From positions 920,876 to 966,681 of the forward strand of contig NW_014577088.1 of the NCBI RefSeq assembly GCF_000485595.1: DNA of 45,806 bases. Direction: 5' to 3'. The notes beneath the pieces are model-generated. The model had not been told where the DNA came from. It saw nothing but the letters and a program-made list of their open reading frames with translations, and made no database searches. Of the stretch, positions 11,660-24,211 are shown in pieces. Positions within the stretch are counted from its first letter, which is position 1; every line of letters begins with the position of its first letter. The stretch comes from Priapulus caudatus. Taxonomy: Eukaryota. Made by a program: the position numbers and the translations under genes.

Positions 11660-13775
11660 TCACTCAACAGCCATCCCCAAGCAACCCTACTCCCGCGCGC
11701 CCCAGCCACCGCCTAGCTCCCCCGCTCAGCAACCCTAAGCTCCCCGCCTAGCCACCCTAGCTCCACCCGCCCCAGCCAATCCCTAAGCTCCCCCGCCATC
11801 CCCAGCCACCCTGCCTCTCCGCAACCCCCCAGCGCACCGCTAGCTCCCCCGCCCGCAGCCACCCTAGCTCCCCCCCGCTCTAGCAACTGTAGCTCCTCCG
11901 CCCCAGCCACCCTAGCTCCCCCGCCCCAGCCACCCTAGCTCTCCCGCCATCCCCAGCCATCCTCCTCTTTCTCACCCAACGCCCCAGCCACCCTAGCTCC
12001 TCCGCCTCCAGCCCACCTAGCTCCCGGCCGCTCTAGCAACCCTAGCTCCGCCCGCCCTAGCCACCCCTAGCTCCCCCGCCCCTCAGCACACCTCTAGCTC
12101 CCCCGCGCATCCCAGCCACCCTGCCTCTGCCCAGCAATCCCCCCCACGCCACCCGTAGCCGTCCTCCGCCCCCAACGCCACCCTAGAATCCCTCCACCAT
12201 CCCAGCCATCCTAGCTCACTTCGCACCATCTCCAGCCACCGCCTAGCTGACTCACCATCCCCCAGACCACCCTAGCTCCTCCACCATCACCCAGCCTACC
12301 CTAGCCTCTCCCAACCCATCAGCCCCAGCCACCCGCTAATCTCCTCCACCATTCGCCCAGCCATCCTAGCCTCCCACCATCCCCAGCCATCCTAGCTCCT
12401 CCACCATCCCCAGCCACCCTAGCTCCTCCACCATCCCCAGCCACCCTAGCTCCTCCACCATCCCAGCCACCCTAGCTCCTGCCACATCCCCCAGCCAACT
12501 CCTACGCTTCCTCCACCCATCCCAGCCATCCAGCCTCCCACCCATCCCAGCCGACCCTAGCTCCTCCACCATCCCCAGCCGCCATCCCTAGCTCGCTTCC
12601 ACCAATCCCCCAGCCACCCTAAACGCTCCCTCCACCATCCCCAGGCCAACCCTAAGCTTCCTCCACCATCACCCAGCGACACGCGCCTAGCTCCTCCCAC
12701 CATCCCCACCCCACCCTAAGGTCCCGCCGCCTATCCCAGACCCAAACCCTATCTCCTCTACCATTCGCCCAGCCGATCCTATCTGCCTTCAGCACATCCG
12801 NNNNNNNNNNNNNNNNNNNNNNNNNCCACCGCCTCTCCCGGCAACCCCCAACCACCTGTAGCTCCTCCGCCCCAGCACCCTAGCTCCTCCACCATCCCCA
12901 GCCATCCAGCTCTCTCCCACCATCCCCTAGCCACCCTAGATTCTCCATCCACCATCCCCAAGCCACCCAGCTCCTCCACCATCCCCAGCCACCCTAGCTC
13001 TCCCACCATCCCCAGCCACCATAGCTCCTCCACCATCCCCAGCCACTCCTAGCTCTTCCCACCATCCCCAACTCTATCCTAAGCTCTCCACCATCCCCAG
13101 CCACCCTTTAGTCTCCTCCACCATCCCCAGCCACCCTTAGCTCCTCACCATCCCCAGCCACCCTAGCTCCTCCACCATCCCCAGCCATCCTAGCTCCTCC
13201 ACCATCCCCAAGCCTCCTAGCCTCTCCCAACCATCCCCAGCCACCCTAGCCTCCTCCACCATCCCCAGCCATTCCTAGCCCTACACCCCTCACTCTCTAT
13301 TCCTCCAGCCACCCCTCAACCATCCCAAGCTCCATCCACATCCCAGCCACCCTAGCTCCTCCACCATCCCCACCACCCTAGTCCCCGCCTCCCCATCACC
13401 CCTATCTCCCTCCACCATCCCCAGCCATCCTATCTCCTTCACCACCCCCAGCCATCCTTGCCCTCCTCCACCACCCCAGCCACCCTAGCTCCTCCACAGT
13501 TCCCTCACCACCCTAGTCCCCCCCGCCATCCGAAGCACACCCTAGGCTCCTTCCACCTCCCCAACCACCATAGCTCCTCCACCATAGCTCCTCCACCATA
13601 GCTCCTCCACCATAGCTCCTCCACCATAGCTCCTCCACCATCCCCAGCCCCCTAATCTCTCCCAACCATCCCAGCCACCATAGGCTCCTCCAACCATCCC
13701 CAGCTACCCTAGCTCTCCCACCATCCCCAGCCATCTAGCTCTCCCACCATTCCCAGCCACCCTAGCTCTCCCTAG
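11660..13775. repeat. C-rich minisatellite, main unit 27 bp CCCCAGCCACCCTAGCTCCTCCACCAT, with shorter variants (including 14-bp CCATAGCTCCTCCA near 13568-13640)
   Basis: Dozens of noisy tandem copies, interrupted by a 25-N gap. Confidence 0.95.
12801..12825. other. Assembly gap (25 N)
   Basis: N run. Confidence 1.
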
Positions 13776-13816
13776 TGTTGCTATATAACCGTGCATCAGC
13801 GGTCATAGAGCAATAT

Positions 13817-13854
13817 CAAGAGCTTATAATAGAGAGCTCTATTATGAGCTCTTG
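13817..13854. mobile_element. 38-bp palindromic micro-element, CAAGAG family
   Basis: CAAGAGCTTATAATAGAG-AG-CTCTATTATGAGCTCTTG (one mismatch in 18-bp arms), flanked by ATAT on both sides. Confidence 0.65.
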
Positions 13855-14874
13855 ATATTATATTGGTAGACCCGGCTCTGTGAGTTGCGTTGGCAACCAA
13901 AATATGATGGGTTTATGTTTCAGTAGAGAATAAGACACGCTACTTGAATAATGCGTAGCAGAGCAATGAGTTTTAAAAGGTGAATAAAATTAGCATAGTG
14001 TGGAAAACTTTAAGGTGATAATTGTGTTAATGTATCATAACGTGTGAGGCTACCATGAACTAGTAAGACATTCTAACGTACGTTAACCATAAGCGTGTGC
14101 AAGGAAAATATGTTATGGGAACACCGTAAGCTAAAGAAGATTTTTTTAAGGGGTAAACGAAAATAAGATGCTACTACAATGCATTATGAATGCATACATG
14201 ATTTCCTATAGAACAACTAAGAATTATCATAGCGTGAAATAGTAGTAAAATCGAGACTGTAGAGTAATTGTAGAGTATAACATGATTTACCAAGCGGGTC
14301 TGCAATGAAAGGATTTTATGGAAGTATCGTATGTGGATCAAAAACATTTTATTAGGTAAGCGAAAATAAATACAGTATATAGTAGAGCGATGAGGAAATA
14401 GACTGTCGTATACCCTACAACACACATAGTTATAACAAAACATTCAGTACAAACCCCATACAGTACAAGTACAACAGCAGCCAAGTTTTTATCAGGAAAA
14501 ATAATTAGCATGGCATAATAGAGTAGTATAATAGAGGAAGTAATTGTACAATGTTAAGAAACGTGCATGTAGAATGCAATGGTGAATATAAGGAATCCGA
14601 ATCACAACGTCAAGAAACGTAACCTACTAAAAATAATAATCGTAACATTGTGGGGGCTATCAATAATGTTGAATTATCATGAGATTATGTTTGTGCAATA
14701 AGGACAGTAATGGCTAAATCAGTGAATAAAAGTGCCTTTAATGAAAGGCGTAAACATAATTTAAGCAGTGTATCATCGTAAGCTGGCAGACTGTATTACA
14801 GAATGCATGCCGGTCCAGCAAATTACTGCAAGCAGACTTGATTACGCTTACCTATGATATTAGTGACATTATAT

Positions 14875-14931
14875 CAGGAGTAATTATTAATAGATTATTC
14901 TAGAATAATAATCTATTATTATTCACTCCTG
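14875..14931. mobile_element. 57-bp palindromic micro-element, CAGGAG variant, 7-bp TSD
   Basis: CAGGAGT...ACTCCTG ends with an internal palindrome. ATTATAT is duplicated at 14868-14874 and 14932-14938. Confidence 0.7.
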
Positions 14932-15337
14932 ATTATATCATAACGTACCGTAGCATGCATGATAGCATGCAAAGAAACTACGTTATGAAAATATCGTAGG
15001 CTGCAAGGAATTTACATTTTTATGCAGTATACGGATGTTTGCCTTTCTGCTATCAAAGACCGTAGATAAATGTGTACGAATTTTGCTTTTCTCTTTGTGT
15101 ACAGTTTGACCCGAGCAGCGTTGTAACTACGGCAACAAACCGAGACCTGATTGGCGGAAATCGGTTAGCTAATTTGCTAATTCTGTTTTCCTGTGTTTAT
15201 ATAGGCTTTGATTCTATCAACATAAATGGAAATTTCTTTAGCATAGAACCATGCAGGCTGTGTGCTGCGTATGGCTGTGATCGATCAGATAGCTCAGGAG
15301 GAGATCCGGCACATAGGCGTATAGTCATTGCGCACTA

Positions 15338-17165
15338 ACCTTGCGCGTTGGTTTGGGCGGTTTCGCTCGACAGGGGCGGCTGCAGTACATCAAAGAACAT
15401 AACGGACGGCTATTAGTGCCACGCGGGAGCGAGATATACGGCCATTAACACCCGCAGGGCAATTTTAAATCATTCACGCAGCACCTACATTGAATAAGAC
15501 CACAAGATCAATCCCAGTTGATGGCAACGCATTTCGTTTGCCTTTTCGCGCATCAAACGGAAATAGACCAGTACGCCAAACAAACGCGAACTTTGCGGGA
15601 ATACACACGCTCAACTGGCCACGCCACGTACCCAGAGATTTCGCAGCTAAAGTAAACACACTTGTCTGACATGAGTAAGCCTCGAGGGGGCGAATCTGTA
15701 GAGACTTTAGAATCGCTTATTACAGGTAAGACGTGTAAGCATGAAGATGACAGAAGACACGGCCAAAGAGTGCTGGCCGCATGAGAAAACCGCAGACATG
15801 CCTGCCAGCTCCGGACATCGTTTGTACTGGCTCAATTCGACATTTCGAACTATGAAGTCCACCGTACGCAAATATGCAGAGTTACGCGGGAAGGTATTGT
15901 ACTTTTCAGCAAATAATCCACGAATCCCGCAAAAGGCGAGAGCTTTACGGTACAGTTGAGAACGTGTGATCCTGACAGGCAATGAAACACAGTCAGAGTT
16001 TACGCGAAGTAGAATAAGATATATAGGATATAAATTTATAAGTTTGCAGCATTCGCAAAACAACGAACAAAGGGCAATAAATTTCCCATTGCATAGTGTT
16101 AACGGGCGCGAGGTCTATTTTCTATATTTATATATTTTGAGCTAACATGTAGAGAGCATGTCAAGCCTACGTGTAAGGCATGTGAACAAGGCAGACAAAC
16201 AGACGGACATAACACTGAGAAAGACAGACACACAAACATGCAGACAGACATACAGACAGACTGACGGACGGACGGGCGGACGGACGGACAGACAGACAGA
16301 ACGTGACTGAAAGGCGTACAGGGAGAGATTGAGAAAATAATGGAGAGTTAGGATAAGGTTCGTGAAAAGATACGACTCGTATAGGAGAACGATTCGATAA
16401 AGGCGAGAAAGAGGTCAAGCGTCAAAAGACGAAGGAGAATTATTGGCCATGCGGCCAATGAAACTTTATATGACAGCGGAGAAAAGACGAATACACCGGG
16501 AAATAAAGGGTCGGAGATAACAGAAAAGGCAGCCGAAGAAAAATGTAAAAGCGGAATGAGGGGGATTGATGCCAAGATTACTGATTTGGAGAACAATACC
16601 GTAATGCCGAGCAAACAGCCGACATTCAAGCGGCCTCTATGGATGGCCTGCCGTGTGACACACCTGCGCCTATTCAACTGACGGGGGCTTTCACACGGCT
16701 GATATTGATACAAGAGCTGGCAAGCTGACGTTTCCGCGTGCACGCTAAATGCGACGCTTTAGATTTGCTATACAATATGCAAATGCATGCATCATTGCCG
16801 GCAAAGCTAGTGCGCCATTCTGTGCCGGGAGACACCTGCTTAAATTCCAAGCCGCCGGCACTGCAATATATTGCATAATTTTGCGCCAGTATGTTGTAGT
16901 TGTATACTTTCCAGGTATTGATCCAAAGAACATGCACGGAAAAACGAACACGCATGAGTAGGGAAAGGAAAGGGTAGGCGAGGGGAATAAACGGGAACGG
17001 TGGGATGTAGAGTGCCGGGTAGATAAAGTCAGCGAACAGGGAGGTAACACAGAGCGAAGGTAAAATGGGAGAAAATAAGCAAGCGAGAGCGAGCTAGGGC
17101 ATGTAAGTAGAAGAGGGGCGTGCTGGCGACATAGAGCAATGGAGAGAGAGAAAAGGGTGATGAGC
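15338..17165 (-). repeat. Arm 2 of the inverted duplication of 9652-11636
   Basis: Reverse-complement match, deletion-rich relative to arm 1; abuts directly on the copy of 993-2035. Confidence 0.95.
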
Positions 17166-18145
17166 ACTTTTGACTGCGATTATTTGGAATTAGCGCGATT
17201 ATTTGCGTGTGTGAACGCTCGCGCAAATAATCCCGGTATTTTCTATCCTATCATTCCAAGCGAGTAAGCAGTGAGCATGCGCAGTAAGCATCATTCCGGC
17301 AGTGAGCATGCGCAGTTCGATTAATAGAATTATCCCGCTCAGCGATTAGCGAGATATTTCCGCCTGTGTGAACAACGTCACAATTATCTCGGTATTTCAT
17401 CGCGATGCTAATCGCGGTTTTTCTTGTGTGTGAACGCGCCTATTATTACACGTATGTAGGTATGATTGTAGAGTTGTTAACCAGGTAGACGAAATAAACG
17501 TAATATAGGACGTTGTCATCTCTCCCATAGGAGTAACAATTACTGCTTTGGGGCTATAAAGCCTTACACATTCATATACCAAAATTGAACAAAATCGAAT
17601 GAATATAGATGGCCATTTTCATTTTTGCCAAAAAGTGGGCATGGCTCGAAAGTAGGTTGACGCGTGCTCCAAAATAGGACGTTCAAATCTCTCCCATAGC
17701 AGTAACAACTGTATGCAATTTGAAACATGTGGGTCAAACGGTTCTTGAGTCATCGTTGACTGTAGGCAGACACATGCAGAAATGCATAGTGAAATTGCTA
17801 AAATCTACCTGATTTGCATAATAAAAAAATAATAAAAACCCGTGTGATATGTTTTGGGGCCAGTCCTTATTCATTCACATACCAGAAATGAGAAAAATCC
17901 GTTGAACCTGAACTGACTTATGGCCATTTCCATTTTTGACGGACGGACGGACGGACGGACGGACGGACGGACGGACGGACGGACGGACGGACGGACGACA
18001 CCCCATGGCAATAGCTCATCTTGACGATGTCAAGGCGAGCTAAAAATGCGCAATGAACATGTAATAACTACTTCATGTTAACATTAACAGCCGTCTTTCA
18101 TGATGACGTATTATTCAATATATCTTTACCGGGGGAAAACGTTTG
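17164..18145 (+). repeat. Copy B of the direct duplication of 993-2035
   Basis: Colinear match; starts in the middle of the 857-1282 MITE. Confidence 0.95.
17460..18046 (-). mobile_element. HINE (Helentron/DINE-1/pearl-like) element
   Basis: Minus strand: TTTTT-AGCTCGCCTTGAC-ATC-GTCAAGATGAGCT stem-loop, then (GTCC)n at ~17938-17996. Internal ~170-bp repeat (ATAGGACGTT...CTCCCATAG at ~17505 and ~17673). Left boundary approximate. Confidence 0.7.
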
Positions 18146-18150
18146 AATAT

Positions 18151-18219
18151 CAGGAGCGTATAATGACAAATTCGTCATTACAAATTCGTCAATGACCAAT
18201 TTGTCATTATACGCTCCTG
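18151..18219. mobile_element. 69-bp palindromic micro-element, CAGGAG variant
   Basis: CAGGAGCGTATAATGACAAATT ... AATTTGTCATTATACGCTCCTG, perfect 22-bp TIRs, AT on both flanks. Confidence 0.75.
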
Positions 18220-19638
18220 ATACATATATTATACCCACAACGCACGCACGCACGCACACCCACGCACAGATAACGTAGAACTGGCGTCGTGCAAAGCCCA
18301 CGTACTTCAATCAACGTTATGTAGGACAGCCAGCCTCTTGTTGCCTCGGGCACTTGCCCGCGTTCCTACCCTGTTCCCGTCGCGGCCACACGCTCAACGA
18401 ACGCGATGACTCGCGACGCGGCATGACGTCTGGACGCGCAGGGTGCAGCGGCCCCAGATCATTTCCTAAATGAGACAGAATCCATGGGATTTGTGTCGGG
18501 ATTGCTACGGTGTCAGGGTAAATACAAGGTTGCTTGTCCCTGCCACTGCATCTGCTAGTCGTGCCGATCGTGTGTGAGGGCGCATGGGCGACAGCGTTAA
18601 ACAATCAGGGACGGGATTGCACGCCTTCGTAACAGAAGATTGCGGCAGACGACTTTCCAGCGTCTATGCTCATAGGAGGACGCTGTGGTTTAGCTCCCTC
18701 TCCCATGTAGCGACACAACGAAGAAATATGCGACACACGTCTGGGCCTACTGCTTCGCTTTGCGCGCACATCAACTGTGCAATTAGGTGAGTGCGATGAT
18801 GCTCCTACGCAACTCGCACCCTCCACAATAACACACTGTTCGTCACCGTGTAGCATGATCGCGCACTGAAGGATTACTCGTGCGCCTGCCGCTGACCTGC
18901 TGCGCATGGCTATTAGCAAGCACAGTAGACGTATACACTGTATGACACGAGTAATCCATATAGCACACGACAAATAATAGTTGACAGCGAGGAAATGACA
19001 GAATGGCTGACACAATCATTGCCATATAGGGAGGCGTGAACGTCAGTTCACGGTTAGTGGTACAGTCCGGTGAATCCCTAATCGTAGCAATAACGTTATA
19101 TCCTTATGACTAACGCTAACACAAACACTATAGACCCACGATGAGCAGCAACGTGTGATTGCGGTCGCATGTACTGCTGATACAGCACACGGATTTGAAT
19201 TAGGCATCTCGCGATGCCCGCGCGCAGGTGGCGCCGCTAGCGTGATCGTCGGCTTCGTCCCCATCGTGACACGCCTGATCAGAATGCACGCAGGTGTAGC
19301 GAGCACGCAATATCCACACGCGGGAAAGGTCACAAGCGTTCTCGCTCGCGAGTGATTGGAGGGCCTTTAAGCGGCATCTCTGCATGCCGCGGTGCCTGGG
19401 AGGGTCGGCGAGCTATAATTGCATCAGTCGCGTGAAGTTTTTGGCTCGCTTTTCCCCGTTAACAGCGAATTTAGGAAGCTTTGCGCGCTCATCAGAACGA
19501 TAGGCTCGGTCAGGCGATACTCATGGGGCTCCGGCGCAATCGAGTTAATCAGATTATCAGGGCACCGACCGTGACCACCATCACCAACACCACCGTCGTC
19601 TCCTCACTATAGACGACGCTGCCAACGTTATTCGGTTA

Positions 19639-19791
19639 CTGTATTTAATTTTAAGATGTATATTTCGCGGTGGTTTAATTTTCGCGAATTTCGCGAGCGC
19701 GTCCCGGACCGCGAAAGTAACAACACGCGAAATTGTCCGTCAAGTCTGAATTCGCGAAAATATCTGTACTCGAAAAATACGGCTTATACAG
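19639..19791. mobile_element. TA-flanked MITE (Tc1/mariner-type ends) with internal TTCGCG/CGCGAA motifs
   Basis: TA-CTGTAT ... ATACAG-TA; TTTCGCG repeated in the left half and CGCGAAA in the right half. Confidence 0.7.
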
Positions 19792-19863
19792 TAATTCATT
19801 CGGTTATCACCGATGTTAACCTCTCCCGCTGAGCTCTATAGCTTCATTACGAAATACTGACCG

Positions 19864-19980
19864 TAATATACTGTAATATACAATATACAATATACAACAG
19901 TACAGTATGCAATATACATCCTGCAGTACAATATACAAACATATACTATACTAATACACAACCTACAGTATACAATATAC
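19864..19980. repeat. Degenerate (CAATATA)n repeat
   Basis: Direct reading. Confidence 0.8.
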
Positions 19981-20336
19981 TAACGCTGAACCTGTGCGTA
20001 TGTATGGCGTATAGTTTGCGATCTCTTCGACTCGGTGACGCCGGAACTGGGCGCCGAGTGCCCGCAATAATTAGGGAAATGACGCTTAATTTACCCCCAC
20101 CGGGGGAGCGCTGTCACGATTTCCTCTGCCAAATTGATATGAAAAATTTCGGCGATTAATCCTCACCGGGGTAATTAGCAATCGTTCCCTTGTCGACGTC
20201 GCACGACTATTTCGGTTCGTGACAGATGCTCCACGAAACACACAACAAGACGGACAGCCAGCCGCAATAATCATCGGTATACCTCCATTTATATAATTGA
20301 TAGAATATATGATTCTCATCACTCATAGGTATGTAT

Positions 20337-20395
20337 CGGGGGTGAATAAATATTGCGAAAAATAATGACAAAAATTACGTCATTATTCACCGCTG
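20337..20395. mobile_element. 59-bp micro-element related to the CAGGAG family
   Basis: CGGGGGTGAATAA ... TTATTCACCGCTG; flanks GTATGTAT / GTAGGTAT (7 of 8 match). Confidence 0.5.
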
Positions 20396-20409
20396 GTAGG
20401 TATGTATAT

Positions 20410-20448
20410 CAATAGTCCATAATAGAAAATTACTATTATGGGCTCTTG
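20410..20448. mobile_element. 39-bp palindromic micro-element, CAAGAG family
   Basis: CAATAGTCCATAATAG ... CTATTATGGGCTCTTG, ATAT flanks. A degenerate relative lies at ~33371-33404. Confidence 0.6.
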
Positions 20449-21249
20449 ATATTATCTTTATATTATATCTAGCTGCAGCGTACGCACGCACCCGGTGTCC
20501 AGCGCGCATCCTCTAGAGCTCCGCATTCGGGCTTCCAAGCAGCAAGCAGATGCGTGAACTGTGAATCAGCAATGCTCGGACCGCCCGCATCATTCGATAG
20601 CGAACAAAAAATGCCGAATGCAAGAAGGGTAAAAAACGTCACGCGGCACCAATTTCCCAATCGCGATATCTCTGCGGCTACTCTTTGCGCAGGGTTCTTC
20701 TATGTAGCCGATCGACAAAAAATATTCGCAAAATGCCCTTTATAGAACACATCTCGGGAACAGACGCCGGTCTGTGAGCTGAGAAAAACAAATGTATATG
20801 CTATGCTCTGACCGCCACGTTCGTACGGACAGGATGCCACTGCAGAAACCTACGTAACAGTGTATACGCACGCGTAAGGCTGAAACCCAAGAACAGCAAG
20901 TACTTGATTAATTAAATATTTTATGTTGAAATGGCCCCAGGGGGGTTGGATGACATACATGTGGCTAAATAGAAACTGATCGAGAGTTTAAACAACCGTA
21001 GGCTTGGTTTCAAGTTCAGCTGCCCTTTCTTTCACGCGCAGGCATGTACACATGTACACGCATCACGCACGTACACAGGCACATACCCACGCACACTCAC
21101 GCGCGCCCACGCACACATGCCTGGACTGCATGCATTCGTTCATGAGTGCATACAGTCATACATGCATACTCACACACTCTTTCTAACTGTCTTTCCCGTT
21201 CTCTCTCTCTCTCTCTCTCTCTCTCGGTCTCTCTCTCTCTCTCTCTTGT

Positions 21250-21290
<41 letters not shown>

Positions 21291-22121
21291 TCTCCTTTCT
21301 CCCTCTCTCCCTCGATATTTCACCCTCTCTGTATCTCTACATGCCCTGCAACGTTTACCAACACCCCTCTCTAGCTTCTCTAATTCCAAGCATTCATTCC
21401 AAGGCGCAATGCCCCTGTCTTCGACGCCCGCTTGCCAAGGTTTCTTGATCTATTCGCGCTATATCTGCATCAGCTCCGGGAATACCTTACTCACCCAAGC
21501 ATCCTCTTCCAACATCCTCTTTAGGTCTTCTTTGTCACTAAGAATAAAAGTACCCTGCCTACTGAGTAATATATATATATATATATATATTTTTTTTTTT
21601 ATCAGTTCGTACTAAGTAGGTCTTCTCTCCAAGGCATACGCAGCAGTCGCCGCCGCTGTACGTCATGAATGTTGTTTGTCGCACACTTCACCTAGCAGAT
21701 TTACAACGGTGACCCAAAATTAAGATGCGATACTGAATGGCAATTGCTCTTCAGCCATCGATGGAGTAGTGGAGGGGGCACGAGTAAATGGAAGCAGATG
21801 CTTAGCAATATACGCTCGCAACTTAGTTACATACGTCGCCGAATTATGTATATATACGTTACCAGCTTGCCGGGTCTAGATTTACTTACACCGGCGTCCA
21901 CCATTGCGCGCGGGACGCCGCCGCCGCAATACCACCGACTCGCAACTCCGGCACTGGAATCGTCTTCGACACAACGATAAGAACACATTAAGAGAGTGTA
22001 TAAACGTATATTTTTGAAGTTATTTGCAATGTTTAAGCAGTACAGGTCACATATCGGTCGGCATTCACTAGCTGACATGATAAAGACTATTCCGATAAGT
22101 TCAGCCCCCTCCCACTCCTGT

Positions 22122-22123
<2 letters not shown>

Positions 22124-22212
<89 letters not shown>

Positions 22213-22319
22213 AGAGAGAGAGAGAGAGAGAGAGAGAAGAGAGAGGAAGAGGAGAGAGAGAGAGAGGAGAGAGAGAGAGATGAGAGAGGAGGAGAGAGAA
22301 GGAGAGAGAGAGGAGAAGA

Positions 22320-22367
<48 letters not shown>

Positions 22368-22615
22368 AGAGATAGAGAGAGAGAGAGAAAAGGAGGAGAA
22401 AGGGATAAAGAGATGAAGAGATGAAGAGAGGGAGAGGAGGGAGAGTAGGAGAGGATAGGAGAAGACGAGCAAGAGAGCGAGAGGAGTAGAGAGCAAAAAG
22501 TGAGAGAGAGAGAGGAAGAGAGAGAGAGTAGAAGAGAAGATGAGAGAGACGAGAAGAGAAAGGAAGAAGAAGAAGAAGACAAGAGGAGAGAGAGAGAGAA
22601 GGAAGGGAATGAGAG

Positions 22616-22646
<31 letters not shown>

Positions 22647-22683
22647 GATGAGAGAGAGAGAAGAGAAGAGAGAAAGAGAGAGA

Positions 22684-22757
<74 letters not shown>

Positions 22758-22851
22758 GAGGAGAGAGAGAGGAGAGAGAGAGAGAGAGAGATAGAGAGAG
22801 AGAGAGATGAGAAGAGAGAGAGAGATGAGAGAGAGAGAGAAATAGAGCGAG

Positions 22852-22907
<56 letters not shown>

Positions 22908-22934
22908 TGAGACGAGAGAGAATGAGAGAGAGAG
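22124..22934. repeat. ~0.8 kb imperfect (GA)n microsatellite
   Basis: Direct reading. Confidence 0.97.
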
Positions 22935-23179
22935 CACGATACGCGCGGGTTATAGCGCGTGTGCCTCCAACCTACATAACGTCGGCGTCTATATATACGG
23001 CGAACATAATTATACGGCAACACGGGGAACATGCCATGCACCGTTTATGTAGGTAAAATAGAGTTTGCCATAGATGTCGGTAGATGTGTTGATGTGTATG
23101 CCGAAGAGGTGCATGCATGCGTCTATTCGGCACATGTCACACACGCTCATTACCACGAGTTATTCATTTCACAAATACT

Positions 23180-23198
23180 ATATATATATACTATAGTA

Positions 23199-23245
<47 letters not shown>

Positions 23246-23270
23246 ATATATATATATATATATATACTAT
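23180..23270. repeat. (TAAA)n flanked by (TA)n
   Basis: Direct reading. Confidence 0.95.
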
Positions 23271-23440
23271 AGTCCCATCAGGTGATAATCACAACGAACA
23301 TTAATAATCTGACATATTAATAATCGAGCATTAATAATAATCTGACGATCGAAGCCCGCACACTACATAATAGGTCTGTATATCCCCACTTGCCTTTCCT
23401 GGCCCAACGGGATGCGTTATACGCATATACCGGCTATACC

Positions 23441-23723
23441 CACAGGCACTTGAAGCGTTTCAATAAAATATAATGCTAAATAAATACGAAATCTATTTAC
23501 TACCAAATTCTTAATGTTTCTATACTCTGGATCACCTATAATTGCCGACAATTTCCTGTAAATGCCGTCCAAATGCTCATCTGCAACAAACGCTGGCTGC
23601 CGCCATCGCTGCCGCTGCACACTGACACATAAATATATATATGTGTGTGTGTATATATAGGGAGTAAATAGATTTCGTATTTATTTAGCATTATATTTTA
23701 TTGAAACGCGCCAAGTGCTTGTG
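23441..23723. mobile_element. 283-bp CACA-terminal TIR element with 8-bp TSD (P-superfamily-like; hAT not excluded), asymmetric arms
   Basis: CACAGGCACTTG ... CAAGTGCTTGTG. GCTATACC is duplicated at 23433-23440 and 23724-23731. Right arm is only ~61 bp (23663-23723). Homologous to 34698-35168. Confidence 0.9.
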
Positions 23724-24141
23724 GCTATACCAATCAGCGACGCACACCAATGTCGTGCATCTGGGAGCTTCTTACCACGTATGCTTTGTAATTACAGCTA
23801 CGCGTAGATAGCCCCCTAAGTGTTCGAGTAGCTACGAGCCCTGTCGTCGTTGCGATACTCGCTCGCAGGCTATTATTCCTGCGATCGAATAGTCAAGAAG
23901 GATTTCCGCCGCATGGGGGCAGACATTGGTCGATCTAAGAGACTGCATGTGCTGTGGCTGCATAGAAGTCTCCATGAAGTGTAACTGTACAGTACTGTAA
24001 CTATCAATTGTGCTTGAGACACATTGACTACATGGCCATTACTGTTTCGTGATCAACTTCAGATGAACAGCGTCTGTAGAGATGGCTTGAAAAAGAAAAC
24101 TGGCATCAAAAGCAAAAGATAGATAGATAGAGGGATATAGG

Positions 24142-24211
<70 letters not shown>

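Noticed and set aside
13860..15330. AT-rich unique-looking segment with short ORFs
   Set aside because: No recognisable protein or RNA structure, and it lies between noisy gap-fill blocks, so the bases are unreliable.
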